This document shows positions 38,012 through 50,916 of a DNA stretch of 64,000 nucleotides, in pieces. The translations under genes were made by a program, and so were the position numbers. This DNA comes from Narcine bancroftii. Taxonomy: Eukaryota. The notes under the pieces are model-generated. The model worked only from the letters and a program-made list of their open reading frames with translations, was not told the origin of the DNA and searched no databases. The stretch is from positions 152,892,001-152,956,000 of the forward strand of contig NC_091470.1 in the NCBI RefSeq assembly GCF_036971445.1, read 5' to 3'. How positions within the stretch are numbered: position 1 is the first letter of the stretch; the number at the start of each line of letters is the position of its first letter.

Positions 38012-39167
38012 CCAGACTAGAAAGATGGCTATAGGACCCGTGCAGTGAAACCTGCTTTGACTCTCTCATACTAGCCGGCTGTTACCCATTTCCAAAATAT
38101 TACCATCAAGTTGTGAAATGCCTTTTGCCAGTTTGGTGATTGCCTCCCTTCTATTTTAAAATTGACCTAGATGCCACCATCAGCAGATGCAATTTGATTT
38201 TGCCTTGGCTTGCTTACATTAGCTGGTTCTTGTCTACCATTGGCTGCCAGCTTGATCAGTCTCTCAGGTCACTAAAAGTGGGGAGATGTGAAGTTTTGCA
38301 TTCCCAGACTTATGGCCCACTAATGTTTGTCATTCTGGGCATTGCAAAGAAAAAAAACCAGGACGGGAATGTGGTTAAAAATATATTTTTGTGATGACGT
38401 TTGAAGAAGTAATATTGGGGTGGTAGGACACTCAAGAGAATGGTAATATTCAAGTAAATCAGGATCTTTAATATTTGCGTTGAGTGAATGATGGTTTAGT
38501 GGAGAGATGTTAAGGGGATATAATGTCTTTCAAATAAGAAATAGTCTCAATAATCCTGATTCAGCAACATTTGCACCTTGAAACTAGAGCTTCAGCAGCA
38601 GACTGCAGGCTTTCCTTTTTCTTCTTCAGTCCAGCTTTCTGTAATGGCTAATGTTGTCATTGAGCTGTGGGATTGTTGGAGAAAGGAGCAGGAAACTGCA
38701 GCCACATTAGAACTTTGAAAATCTGCATTCTGATGGTTTGGAAATTTCAATGGTTTGGCATTTGCCTCAATGTACTAAAGTTGCTGGAAAATTTAATATT
38801 TCTGCTTCATTGTTTTCTTTAAAAATACTGTAACTGAAGTTACTTTTGAGTTACTAATTGGAATAGCATCCACTGGTCAGGAAAATGTACCAATGCAGCA
38901 CTGAAGTCCCAACTGTGCTGAATTAATAGAACTTTACTCTCATTTGGGAATGCTCTGCTCAAGGGGAGGCATAGGCATTGCGAGGTGAATGGCCACTGAC
39001 TGTGCAGTTTGATTCCATGAATGCAAAATGTAACATCTGGTTTGTTTTGTGGCATTGCAGATGCTATTGAAAAATGTGTTATATTTAATTTACAACACAT
39101 TTAACAGGTGCTGGACTCTTTTGTCATGCTGCATGTTGCAGTGAGGTTCTACTGTAGGTTTAAAACT

Positions 39168-39797
39168 CACCCACACTCCTGTTCGGCTCCGAATCATGGG
39201 TCCTCTACCGGCACCACCTACGGCTCCTAGAACGCTTCCACCAGCGTTGTCTCCGCTCCATCCTCAACATCCATTGGAGCGCTTACATCCCTAACGTCGA
39301 AGTACTCGAGATGGCAGAGGTCGACAGCATCAAGTCCACGCTGCTGAAGATCCAGCTGCGCTGGATGGGTCACGTCTCCAGAATGGAGGACCATCGCCTT
39401 CCCAAGATCGTGTTATATGGCGAGCTCTCCACTGGCCACCGTGACAGAGGTGCACCAAAGAAAAGGTACAAGGACTGCCTAAAGAAATCTCTTGGTGCCT
39501 GCCACATTGACCACCGGCAGTGGGCTGATAACGCCTCAAACCGTGCATCTTGGCGCCTCACAGTTTGGCGGGCAGCAACCTCCTTTGAAGAAGACCGCAG
39601 AGCCCACCTCACTGACAAAAGGCAAAGGAGGAAAAACCCAACACCCAACCCCAACCAACCAATTTTCCCCTGCAACCGCTGCAATCGTGTCTGCCTGTCC
39701 CGCATCGGACTTGTCAGCCACAAACGAGCCTGCAGCTGACGTGGACTTTTTACCCCCTCCATAAATCTTCGTCCGCGAAGCCAAGCCAAAGAAGAAA
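39168..39797 (+). mobile_element. Young 5'-truncated RTE-clade LINE in the probable KLHL21 3' UTR
   Basis: Uninterrupted frame PTLLFGSESW...RFHQRCLRSILNI...QLRWMGHVSRMEDHRLPKIVLYGEL...FPCNRCNRVCLSRIGLVSHKRACS* (RTE RT C-terminus + C2H2-like finger), short 3' UTR, ccaag/gaa tail. Confidence 0.9.
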
Positions 39798-40789
39798 GTA
39801 TGGAGGCAGGTGAGTGAGACTGAACACAGGTACATTTTGGGTACATTTGGTTTTGGCCTCATGCTGGAACTGTTGTAGAAGTTTTTGATATTTATTTGCT
39901 TGGAAGATGTGTGGCTGGCTTTTGAAAATGTCTTGCTGGAACACTTGACAAGGATTAAACTCAGGGTGGTCCTGAGAGTGGAAACCAAGAAAATCCAAAT
40001 TTCATCTCCTATCTGATGCCCTCAAAGACCGACTAGTTATTCAAAATTGAAAGGACAGATTTGGATTCATCTCTGATCTTTCATGACTGGTCAAATGATA
40101 AAGAGGGTGACCGAAGAACAAGTACCTTTTGAAGTGTTGTTATAATTGGGGGAATAATTTGCACACAAGATTTCACAAACATTAGATTGATAATGGGCAA
40201 TGAAATAAGTGGGCATGGTTGGTTGGATCTGTAACACCAGAAACCAGGGTGAACAGGAGCATCAACATTTTTAGGGATAGGGTTGTTTCCAATATGCTCT
40301 CAATTTCTGATTAGAGCACAAACTACAATTGATCCCCATCAACCAGAATTTGGAACTATCATTGCTACATTTTAAAGCCTGCATTTTGTTCTAAACAATT
40401 AGAGCTGCGTTTTCCCATAGCTGTGTGTGTGTATATATATATTATATATATATATTCTTTTTAAACTATTAATGCTGATTTGAGTGCATTGAGAGCTATG
40501 TTGCATTTGTGGAACAATATTTCAATGAAGACTCTTGATTTCATCCATTTTTCTTTAATATGAAGGAGAAGTGAATGAGTTCCAGACCGAAGGACCACTC
40601 AGCCCATTCAAGGTTTGATTGGGACTCCAAACAGATCTCAATGGATCCAATGGAACTTTGAAAGGACTGCCTGATGCATTTTAGGGCTGAACCTGATTAG
40701 ATTAAAATCTCGCAGCCCCAATCTATGAGCAAATCTCAATTTGTTTCAGAATTTAGAATTGGGGAAATCTCTCATTCAGATAGTCATGT

Positions 40790-41345
40790 GCTAATCACAC
40801 CCCCAGCACCTTCCCCTGTGCCTGCAGAAGGTGCAACACTTGCACCCCTCCTCCTTCACCATGGTCTAGGGCCCTAAACAGTCCTTTCAAGTGAAGCAAC
40901 ACTTCACTTGTATAGCTGCAGGACTGATACACTGTATGCTCTGTGGCATTCCCAACATTCCCAACAGACCAATGCAGATTGAGAGATCGCTTTGCTGAGC
41001 ATCTCCTTTCTGTCTGCAACAACAGCCACCTTCTAGTAGCCAACCATTTCAATTTCAAGTCACACTCGCATATCTGTCCATGTCCTAGTGTACTGTCCCA
41101 CCCTAACCACCCACAAATTGGAGGAACAACACGTTATTTACCATCTGGGCACTCTGACATCAGCAAAGACTTTTCTGCCTTCTACTAAACCTACTTGACT
41201 TCTCTTTTCCCCCATCCTGTCTTTCCAGTTCTCCCCTCACCCACTTAGCCAGCCATCCCTCCTCCCCATTTCTCCACCTATCACCTCCTGCCTTTGCCAC
41301 CCGACCCCCCGACTCTTCTACCTTGGTGAAGGCCTCAAGCCTGAA
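40790..41345 (+). mobile_element. Penelope-like element, degenerate GIY-YIG endonuclease region and 3' repeat
   Basis: TFPC..RRCNTC..GPKQSFQVKQHFTC..LIHC..CRLRDRFAEH..VANHFN motifs; ends in ttggtgaaggcctcaagcctgaaa. Confidence 0.75.
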
Positions 41346-42267
41346 AAAAAAATCTTAGACTTGTTGACTTTTAAATATTGGTGAGAAATTACCACAAGAT
41401 AATTAATGCAGTTGTCTTTCAAATTCTTGTAAGCTCAGAATTTCAAGCACTATTTCCTGCATTTTCAGTGTGTGTCCTTGAGGTGTAGTGACTTGTATGT
41501 ACATGCATTTTATTATTGAAGTTGCATTGTACAAATTCCATTAAATGTGTTTAGTCTGAAGGTTTGATTGTGTTTCACACTTAAACTTTAATGCCAACTT
41601 TATATTAGACTTTATCCCTTTAGTATGGGTTTTGAACAAGTTGGAAGGGTGTGACATTTTTTGTGAAGCACATGGTGTAGACCCAAAACTATTGCCAATT
41701 AAATACTTTGATAAATGAATGAATGCTAAATATTCACACTTATCTGCAGTAGTCCCTGTTTTCAGGGTACTTAATACAATGACAATTTTACAACAGTATC
41801 CCACTATCTCAATGAAACAAAAGCCATTATATTTTGGTATGAAAAATCTTGCTACATCAACCATAGTACGTTCCTTTTTGAATGGTGCAGTGAGCTCTAA
41901 GTGACCAGCAATCCATCCTAACAAGGATTGAAGTATTTCTGGTTGAAGACTGAGGGTCAGTGCAGATTTGGTCTCCTTCAAGTCCTACTGATTATCCAGG
42001 CTCAAATTCATAGCCTAAAATTACTTGGGAACTTGGTTGGGATTTACCCTAAAACTGAGAGGGAAGTGGAGAAAACTGTTTTTGTGTATAGTTGTCATGT
42101 AGAAAATTTATTCCTTAATAGCTTTACTTGAAACCTGCAAGAATTTAACAATTCATGCTGGAACTTGAACATGTATTCAGCTCCTAACACATAGTCCTCA
42201 TTTTATCACTTGAATTTGACACCTGAGTTTTGAAAATGTCTTAAATCTTAACCACAAACTCCTAAAG

Positions 42268-42273
42268 AATAAA
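42268..42273 (+). terminator. Probable KLHL21 polyadenylation signal
   Basis: AATAAA followed ~25 nt later by CA and a GU/U-rich element (cattgtgttgtcagtttttc). Confidence 0.5.
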
Positions 42274-42581
42274 CCTTGTGCACATTTTGCAAATGTACAA
42301 CATTGTGTTGTCAGTTTTTCTTTGAATCTGAAGTATTTTACTGGGAATATTTATTTTGCTGTCATTTAACTTCAAAATATCTTTAAAACTGCTGCTTTCT
42401 CACAGTTGCTTGGTTTATAACTTAAAAGCTTTGATGCCAAGGAAATAATACATGACTGCAACTTTTTTTAAATTATTTCCTAGCATTTTCTGTATTTCTG
42501 TACTTATGTTTGCTTCACGTTCTTATTCTGCAGTTCAAAGATCAAACCAGTAGATGGCAGCAATGTTCACTTGTGCTGTGA

Positions 42582-42753
42582 AAGTGAAGTCTGCAGATGC
42601 TGTGCTTGTAGTAAAAACACAAATGCTAGAGGGATCAAGATGAACAGCCTTCTTGATGAAGGGTTCAAGCCTGAAACGTCACCAATGGGAGGTTGCGAGA
42701 CCAGAGTTCCTCTAGCATTTGTGTTTCTATTACTTTCACGTGCTGCACACTTC
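42582..42753. mobile_element. Inverted-repeat Penelope-derived element with internal hammerhead-like core
   Basis: Arms gtagtaaaaacacaaatgctagagg / cctctagcatttgtgtttctattac around TTGATGA-agggttcaagcct-GAAA-cgtc. Confidence 0.6.
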
Positions 42754-43476
42754 AAAGGGTCACCAAACAACAAATTTCAGAATGAATTCCTAACATAACA
42801 CCTCAGTGGAAGGACTTATTCCTAATGCATTGGGATAATACTGTTGGGGAGTGAGAAAAAATAAAGGTGGCAAAAGGAAAGATATGGCTGCAAGTAACCA
42901 TAATGAAAATCATTGGTCACTTGTGTATACATTTTATTTGCACAGGACCAAATTACAAGAGCAGAAGAAAAGATAAAGCATCCATCTCAATGTTGGTTTA
43001 AAGACTATGTTGAGTATTTGGCTGATAGTTATCTCCCAACCCTACTAAGGTTCAGCTATTCTTGGGCAGTTTTAGGGATCTTGAGCACAAATGACTGCTG
43101 GTATTTTTTAATTTGAAACAGAAACCTTCATTTCCAAGTTGTACTTTCTAATCAATATAGGAAAAGCAATTTAAAAAATGCAATTTATTCTTATCACTGA
43201 ATGATCCTTTATTCAGGAGTTGTCTGTTCAGTGAGGACTGTTGGACAGGGATTGAGATCTTGCATTTTCACATGACACTTCCAATTGTGGAGAATCTCCT
43301 GAACTTTGAGGTTTTGGATTAAGGATTGAAAGGAAATTTATTACTGAAGAAACTGCTAATGTATTAAATTACTGAAAGAGCAAGGATGGCTGTCAGCAAA
43401 TGCTTAGAAATTCACATTTTATTTGCATTTTCTATAAAATCAATTTGAAGGGAATTTGTACTAGGGCAACAGGTTC

Positions 43477-43806
43477 TTATATCTCAACTATGGTAATCTC
43501 TTCTACACAAGTGTCCGGTCCACTGAGAGTTGGCATCACATTCTCTTCAGGGTGAAAGTTCCCATTATCCAAGAACTGCTGAGCAGAGAGGTCCCTGGTT
43601 TCTATGTTCTGACTGGTCAGCTCTTTTGCAGTTGTGACTGGAGGAGGTGGCAGCGCCTCATCATGCACACCAGTTGTCTGTGGAGCTGCACTTGCCTCTG
43701 TGTCACCCACATTTTCATTGGAAATTATAAGATTCCGAAGCCTTCGCTGACGGGGACTGTAGTTTTCCACTCGTCCGTGTATGTCCATGTGTCTCCTCAG
43801 GTGAGC
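43477..43806 (-). CDS. ZBTB48: ZBTB48 last exon (end of ZnF11, C-terminal arm, stop)
   Basis: ctag|GCT CAC; [26 protein letters not shown]...IVEI*, matching human [26 protein letters not shown]. Confidence 0.93.
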   Translation of the reverse strand, partial: AHLRRHMDIHGRVENYSPRQRRLRNLIISNENVGDTEASAAPQTTGVHDEALPPPPVTTAKELTSQNIETRDLSAQQFLDNGNFHPEENVMPTLSGPDTCVEEITIVEI

Positions 43807-44655
43807 CTAGATTTGGGCAAAGTCAGTGCTCAGTGGCGCACCAAATAAACCTACACCATTTATGCCCTCAAGATAATTCATGGACAAAGACAGACCAGCG
43901 TGGAATCACAAAATGATCTTGGGTCAATAAATTAAAAGCTTAAGACAGACATGAAAAATTGAGATGGGTGGTCAACAGTACAAATAGAGAAGCAAAGGAA
44001 ACACGAGTTAAGGTTGGTGGAACACAGCTTGATGGAGGAAAATCAAGGTTGGCACACTAGGTTGAGAGAGGAAAGGAATTGAAATAAAAACAAAAAATTG
44101 CTGGAATCAATCAGCAGATCTGGTTTTTCAACCTGAAGATGCAAGTGATTTCCCTCAACTACAGATACTGCCTGAACAGTTTCTGATTTGCTCAAGTAGG
44201 GAACAAAAGTTCTGAGAAAGAAAATTCATCAAAAGTTCTTCATTTAAGATACTACCTTTTGTTGCTGTGTTGCTGCGTTTTGTGCTTTTGATTTTAGATC
44301 AGACATTCCTCGAAGGTCTGGAACACAATGCTGTTAACTTCTGTTTAGATCAATTCCAATGCATTATTAAATGCACACTGAAGTTAATTGTATTTAGTAT
44401 ACAGGACAGCCCAACCAACCTATGATTTACCCTTCACGTGAATATCTTTAACCCCCTCATGACCTTTGCTAACCTCCCATTATCTGAATTTGCCATAGAA
44501 TCTCCATTCAGGCTAAAAAATGTATCTGTCAGTAGTTTCACTTGTGTCTCAGTGCTTGGCTCTTCCCCCACACAACATGATCACCTCTCCAGCTGAATGC
44601 TGGAATGAACAATTCTGCTGATTTACAAAATCCTCAGCCATTGGAGGAGGCTCAC

Positions 44656-44744
44656 CTGTCGAGTGAATTTGTAGCCACATTCACTGCACTCAAATTTCCT
44701 CACCCCTTTGTGCCTTCCGACATGAACACGCAATTGATCAATGG
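44656..44744 (-). CDS. ZBTB48: ZBTB48 exon (ZnF10/11)
   Basis: ttccag|CC ATT...CGA CAG|gtgagc; [30 protein letters not shown]; 89 nt. Confidence 0.93.
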
Positions 44745-45229
44745 CTGGAACAAAGGAACAGAACACTTTAGTTATTGTGTGGCCGGCACGGTTGGCGCCA
44801 TGCGATTGGGACCGGGGTTCAAATCCCACGCTGTCTGTAAGGACTTTGAACGATCTCCCCATGTCTGTGTGGGTTTTCCAATGGGGGCTGCGATATCCTC
44901 CCACCAGGAGTGTAGATTAATTGGGTATAAATTTGGTGGCACGGACTCATGGGCCACAATCGTGCTGTTTGCCTAAATTTAATTTAAATTTAAACTGAGT
45001 ATTGCCACTGACCTACCACCTTTATTAAGATCAACTTTCCTACCAGCAAAATTCCTTTCCAGAAGTAGGAGGATATAAAATTAAAATTAATAAATATAAA
45101 ATTCTTCTATAGGGGTCATGAGACTTCAGTACCTCATCATGCCTGGATGCAAGAGAATGCCACATCATAGAATGGTTGGCAAGGGGCTTTGTGATAAATT
45201 TTCTCTCATATTACTGGATTTGGATAAGT

Positions 45230-45490
45230 AAAAACACAAGGCTGGAGAAACTCAGCAGGTCAAACAGTACTTTATAAAGCAGAGATAAAGATACATCACC
45301 AACGTTTCAGGCTTGTGCCCATCAATGTACGAGCAAAATGTAGGCAGGCATCCAAACTCAGGCACTCAAGCCCAAAACATTGGTATGTACCTCTATCTTT
45401 TTTTAATATAAATACTTGCTTGACCTGCTGAGTTTCTCCAGCATTGTGTCTTCAACCATGGTATTTGTAGACTTTGGTGTTTTACTTGCT
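45230..45490. mobile_element. Inverted-repeat Penelope-derived short element
   Basis: gctggagaaactcagcaggtcaa ... ttgacctgctgagtttctccagc arms; decayed hammerhead-like cores at ~45301-45325 (-) and ~45360-45385 (+). Confidence 0.6.
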
Positions 45491-45834
45491 GGATTGGGAG
45501 TTCTTATTCTGCCATTAATTTAATTTTCCTTTGAATTATTTGAACCAAGAGCAGTGCAGCAAAGGCTGCCACTCCAAAGTGACAAGTTTTGGAGTTGGTG
45601 ACAAATAGAATCCATCGAGTGGGCAATAACACTGGTGGTTGGTTACGTTGAGGTAGGGAATACAGATTAAAAGCAGAACAAGTTATTGTCCGTTTGGTGT
45701 TAATGTCAACCTATGTTCAAGGCTGAACCTATGAACCTATTCATGGGGATAGGGAAGGGGTGGAAAGTCAGGACAAGACTATAGCTCATTTTAAAGAGGT
45801 AAAAGCTTATTAATCATTGCACAACCAACTTTAC

Positions 45835-45999
45835 CTTTAAAGGTCTTCCCACAGATGTTGCAATCATGCGGCCGACCTTCCTGGTGCTTGCTCGCCATGT
45901 GACGATGAAGAGGGCCCCTCTCTGTGAACCTTCGGCTGCATATCTCACAACCAAATGGCCTTTCACCCGTGTGAGTCCTGTTGTGTTTGTCCAGACTCG
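45835..45999 (-). CDS. ZBTB48: ZBTB48 exon (C2H2 fingers)
   Basis: caccag|CG AGT...TTT AAA G|gtaaag; [55 protein letters not shown]; 165 nt. Confidence 0.94.
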
Positions 46000-46175
46000 C
46001 TGGTGCCAAACAATGTTAGAAAGCCCAGGTCTCAGTACATTACAAAATATGTCTGTTGTAGCCATTTTTAAATTTCAGGTTTTATCCTATCAGTTGCTAC
46101 TTCTATCTTAAACATCACACGCCACTCCTCGGCCAATCTTAATTCACATGCTCTTTCTTCAATGTGTTCTAGATA

Positions 46176-46798
46176 CAGTAAAACCCCTGCTATCTGGCAC
46201 CTATGGACATTGGTAGATGCTGAGTAAGTGTATTTTCCAGTTACAATGCCTAACTAATGTATCTAAATTAAGAATAAACAGTTGAAATATTATACTGACA
46301 CTGAACAAACTTCATTTGCATGAATACAAAAACCTTAAAGCATTTTACTTTATTTTCAGTCACGTTTTTTGAAAAACATTTCAGTCACTGCATCAGCAGG
46401 TTCCTCCCCTTCCATAGAGCCACCCGAAACACTAACAATAACAATATAGATAATTAACTCCCCCTGCTCCAGGTTTACAGATAAAGCCTCTGACCAAGGC
46501 AACTCACTAAGAGAGATAACACTAAGAGCCACCCCAAAGTCAAACGGCATCTACCAGTTCTTCAGCCATTTTATTCAAACACAACTTTATTCAAACAATT
46601 GCTACAAGCAAAGCACTCTCTGCTGGCTGAATATTTGCTCCTCAACAAAGGTTTGTGTGTTTCTTTAGAGAATGTTTACGATTCCAAACTTACGTATTTT
46701 TTTAATCTATTACTTTATACTTATTATTTTTTTTTTAATGTATTTTTCTTGATTTATTTTTCCGGTTGCTTGAATTACAAATACCAGAGGTTTTACTG
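46176..46798. mobile_element. Tc1/mariner (Tigger-like) non-autonomous element
   Basis: TA|cagtaaaacccctgctat ... ataccagaggttttactg|TA: TIRs with TA TSD. Confidence 0.8.
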
Positions 46799-47881
46799 TA
46801 TTCAGATTTGACTTGCTATTTTAGCAAAATCAATCCCTCTGATGGCGAAAAAAGTGAATTCCCTGCAATTTAATGTCAGGGACAATGTCTGCCCCTAGTT
46901 ACCAGGGGGTGAAAGATGACATTCATCCAAAACAGAAATAATTGATATATTTAGGGCCAGGACTTCTGTATCCCATATAGACAAGGAGAGTAGTTCTCTC
47001 CCAAAAAGATCATTTAGTAAGCAGAAAGACTAAACACCCTTTATGATCATTTTTAATGGTACTGGTCATTCAACTGTGGACAGCACATCACAGCCTAATC
47101 TCTAATGATCATTAGTAACTGTGGGAGCAGAAATCTTCTCTCCTGATCACTTTTCAGCTTTTTATTCTTGTGCCCTCCCACTCGTATTCACCTCTTTCCT
47201 GTGGGACTGTTCTCCTCCCTTCCCTCCCCCCCCCCCCCTCCCCACAATCTTTCTATTAAGGCACCTTCCTGCTTCTTACCTCAATGAAGGGCTCAGGCCC
47301 AAAATTTTGCTACTTAAAGAATACTGCGCATCTTGCTGAGTTTCTCCAGCATTTTCTTGATTAACTCCTGGCTGACCTCACTTCATCCCACTCTCCCCTC
47401 CCTACCATGTCCCATTCCTTCCTTCTTTCCCTTCCCTCTCCCCATCATTTCTTCCTCCAGCTCGCCATTCTCTTCCCTTCCTCATTCCTTTCAAGTACAT
47501 CTTCCTCGACCCTCCTGCCACTTTCACATCACCTCCTAGCTTTTATCCCATTCTTTCCCCTCCACCTCTATTAACCTGTCAACCTCTACTTCTCCCACAT
47601 CTTTTTGTTCGTCAGCCAATTTCTTCCTATTCCTGCAGGGTTTTGACCCGAAGCATGGACAAGCTGTCCATGAATGCTGCCTGACCTGCTGTGTTCCTCC
47701 ACCTTGTTGTGGTTCTCCTTCCCAATTCAGCCCTGTTGATGACTGCACCTAAAAATAAGTCAGAGTCCCGCCAACTCAAATGGGTCTTGGAGTGACAGGA
47801 CTATAATTGCCTCAACTCTGTAGTGACTTCCTCCATTAAGGAGGCCAAGGTAAATAATCAAGGCTCAGAGGAAGTACTCAC

Positions 47882-48018
47882 CTTGGATCCTGAACGTTTT
47901 TCCACATAAATGACATTGGAAAGGTTTCTCGCCTGTGTGTGTCCGCAAATGGACATTCAAATTGCCTTTCTGGGTGAAACCACGGTCACAGAATTCACAA
48001 ATATATGGACGCTCGTTC
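47882..48018 (-). CDS. ZBTB48: ZBTB48 exon (C2H2 fingers)
   Basis: ttgcag|G AAC GAG...ATC CAA G|gtgagt; [45 protein letters not shown]; 137 nt. Confidence 0.94.
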
Positions 48019-48092
48019 CTGCAACAGTGGTGCAGAAATAAAGAGAATCTTATCCCTCTTCCTTTTTCCTTCTCAAATTGGAACCAATGTCT

Positions 48093-49320
48093 ATAGAAAT
48101 CATAGAAAACTACAGCCCAAAAAACAGGCCATTCGGCCCTTTAGTCTGTGCCAAAACATCATTCCTCTAGTCCCACTGACCTGCACCCATTCAATAACCT
48201 TCCAGACCACTTGCATCCATGTATCTATCCAATTTATTCTTAAAATTTCAGTGAGCCTGCATTTACAACATCAGATGGCAGCTCATTCCAACTCCCACCA
48301 CTCCGAGTGAACATGTTTTCCCTAATGTTACCCCTAAACCTTTCTCCCCAAAGCCATGTCCCCTTTTATTTATCTCTCCCAATTTGTGGAAAGAGCCTAC
48401 TCTCATTTACTCCATCTATTCCCCTCATAATTTTGTAAACCTCCATCAAATCTCCCTCATTTATCTACGCTCTAAGGAAAAAAGTCTCCAGCTGTTTAAT
48501 CTTTCCCTGTAACTCAACTCCTGAAGACCCGGCAACATCCTAGTAAATCATCTCTGCACTCTTGTGATCTTACTGATAGCCTTACTATAGTTTAGCTACT
48601 TTGATTAATGAAGGCCAAGATGCCAACAGCTCTCTTTACAACCCTGTCTACATGTGATACCACTTTCAGGGAATTATGTATCTGTATTCCCAGACCCCTT
48701 TGTTCCTCCGCACTGAGGTGCCCTACCATTTACAATGGATGTCCAACCTTGGTTAGTCTTTCCAAAATGCACACTTATCTACATTAAATTCCATCTGCAA
48801 TTTTCTGGCCCATTTTTGCCAGTTGGTCTACATCCCTCTGAAAACTTTGAAAGCCTTCCTCACTGTCCACAACGTCTCCAATCTTAGAGTCATCAGCAAA
48901 CTTGCTGATCTAATTTATCATCCAAATCATTGATATAGACAACAAACAACAATGGCCCCAACACCGATCCCTGAGATACACCACTAATCACAGGCCTCCA
49001 GTCTGAGAAGCAATCATCCACTATGTTTTCTCCCACACATCCAATTTTGAATCCATTTTACAACCTCTCCATAGATACCCAGGGTCTGAACTAACCTCCC
49101 TTGTGGGATCTTGTCAAAGGTCTTTAACTAAAGTCTATGTAGACAACATCCTCAGCCTTTCCTTCATTTACTTTCTTGGTAACCTCCTCAAAAAGCTCAA
49201 TAAGATTTGTTAAACAAGACCGATTGCACACAAAGCCATGCCGACTCTCCTTAATCAGCCCTTGGCTGTCCAAATACTTGTCGAGTCTATCTCTCAGAAC
49301 ACCTTCCAATAATTTACCCT
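48093..49320 (-). mobile_element. CR1 LINE, 5'-truncated, degenerate RT
   Basis: LIKESRHGFVCNRSCLTNLIELFEEVTKKVNEGKAEDVVYIDFS (CR1 RT), GVSQGSVLGP-like motif, ttctatga tail. Confidence 0.85.
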
Positions 49321-50420
49321 CTATCTGGCTTCCTTCAAATTGCTGTGTTTGGTGTGTGCTGTGTATAATTTACTGCCTTTCTTATAACAATGACCACATT
49401 GGATGCAAAACATTTTTAGAAGAATCCAACATTTGTGAAACATACATCAAAAATAATTGGTTGTATATTTTGCAGCCGAGTTTCATTTAAATTGTTATTC
49501 TGTGTAGCTTGAGGTTGTGGACAGCAGCCATTTATCCCTTTCCTGAACTCAATAAATAAGAGGCACAGATGTCCAACAGAAAAAGTGGGGAAACAAGCTT
49601 TAGAGAGAAATGGACTATTGACAGTTCAGATTTGTGTAGCCTTGTTCCAGCTCTCTGAAAGAGCTTCCAAAATGGCTCACATCCTCTATCTCTTCAAAAA
49701 CCTGCCAAATTCACCACTGCTTCCATCACTTTCAGGGTGTGCATCCCAGACCCACTGCATAACCCCTTTCTGGTTCTTTTGGGAATATACCTTTAATTGG
49801 AGATGCACTGCAATTTCAAAGCACTATTTTTTCCAATAAAACTGACAGTTCTGAAGAAATTGCACCAGAGCTTGCAGTTATTGCTGAGGTGTGTCAGTGA
49901 TATTTTGCTGCTCTTCTTTCCACATAGCACCACTGGAAACATAACAATAAACCTTCACTTTTTCCAAATATTTCAAAAGAACACATTTACTGTTGAGAAT
50001 ATACATTTAAGGAGGGAAGTCACGTGATGGAGTAGTGGCTGGTCGGGTGGAAACAACCCTCTCCAGAGAAAATAAAAAAAAGTGTAAAAAAACAGAGCTC
50101 AATAAACATAAAATACAGGAAGAGAAAGATAAAGTTAAAGAGAAAGAAGATGGCACCCAAAAGAAAAAAAAAACAGAAAAGGGAAGAAGGAAAATCACTG
50201 GAGAAGAAAGAAGAAGGCCTTATCTGCACGTCGGAGCAGAGAGCCACCAAGGAGAGGAGTGGCCTATCACCAGTGTTGGTGAGTCCCCAGAGGAGCAGTG
50301 TCCTCCAGACTGGCAGACCTCAAAAATGGCTTTCAGAGTCAAGAAGAGGTGCGCAACTGCACATGCGTGAAGAGTTGCGCATCCTCAGTGCGCAAGTAAA
50401 AGAAAAGGTTAACGCCGACA

Positions 50421-50823
50421 GGAGCGGCCAGCTGCGGAGCGGCCAGCTGCGGAGCGGCCAGCTGCGGAGCGGCCAGCTGCGGAGCGGCCAGCTGCGGAGC
50501 GGCCAGCTGCGGAGCGGCCAGCTGCGGAGCGGCCAGCTGCGGAGCGGCCAGCTGCGGAGCGGCCAGCTGCGGAGCGGCCAGCTGCGGAGCGGCCAGCTGC
50601 GGAGCGGCCAGCTGCGGAGCGGCCAGCTGCGGAGCGGCCAGCTGCGGAGCGGCCAGCTGCGGAGCGGCCAGCTGCGGAGCGGCCAGCTGCGGAGCGGCCA
50701 GCTGCGGAGCGGCCAGCTGCGGAGCGGCCAGCTGCGGAGCGGCCAGCTGCGGAGCGGCCAGCTGCGGAGCGGCCAGCTGCGGAGCGGCCAGCTGCGGAGC
50801 GGCCAGCTGCGGAGCGGCCAGCT
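50421..50823. repeat. Perfect minisatellite, 15-bp unit x ~27
   Basis: ggagcggccagctgc repeated; in frame within old ORF1 as (RSGQL)27. Confidence 0.97.
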
Positions 50824-50916
50824 AAGAGACGCCCAGTATCGGGGCATTCGGCTGGGGGAACCAAACAAGAAAGAAGAGTGGTGAGAATGAAAGGCTGGAA
50901 AAGGGTGAGCGGCAGC

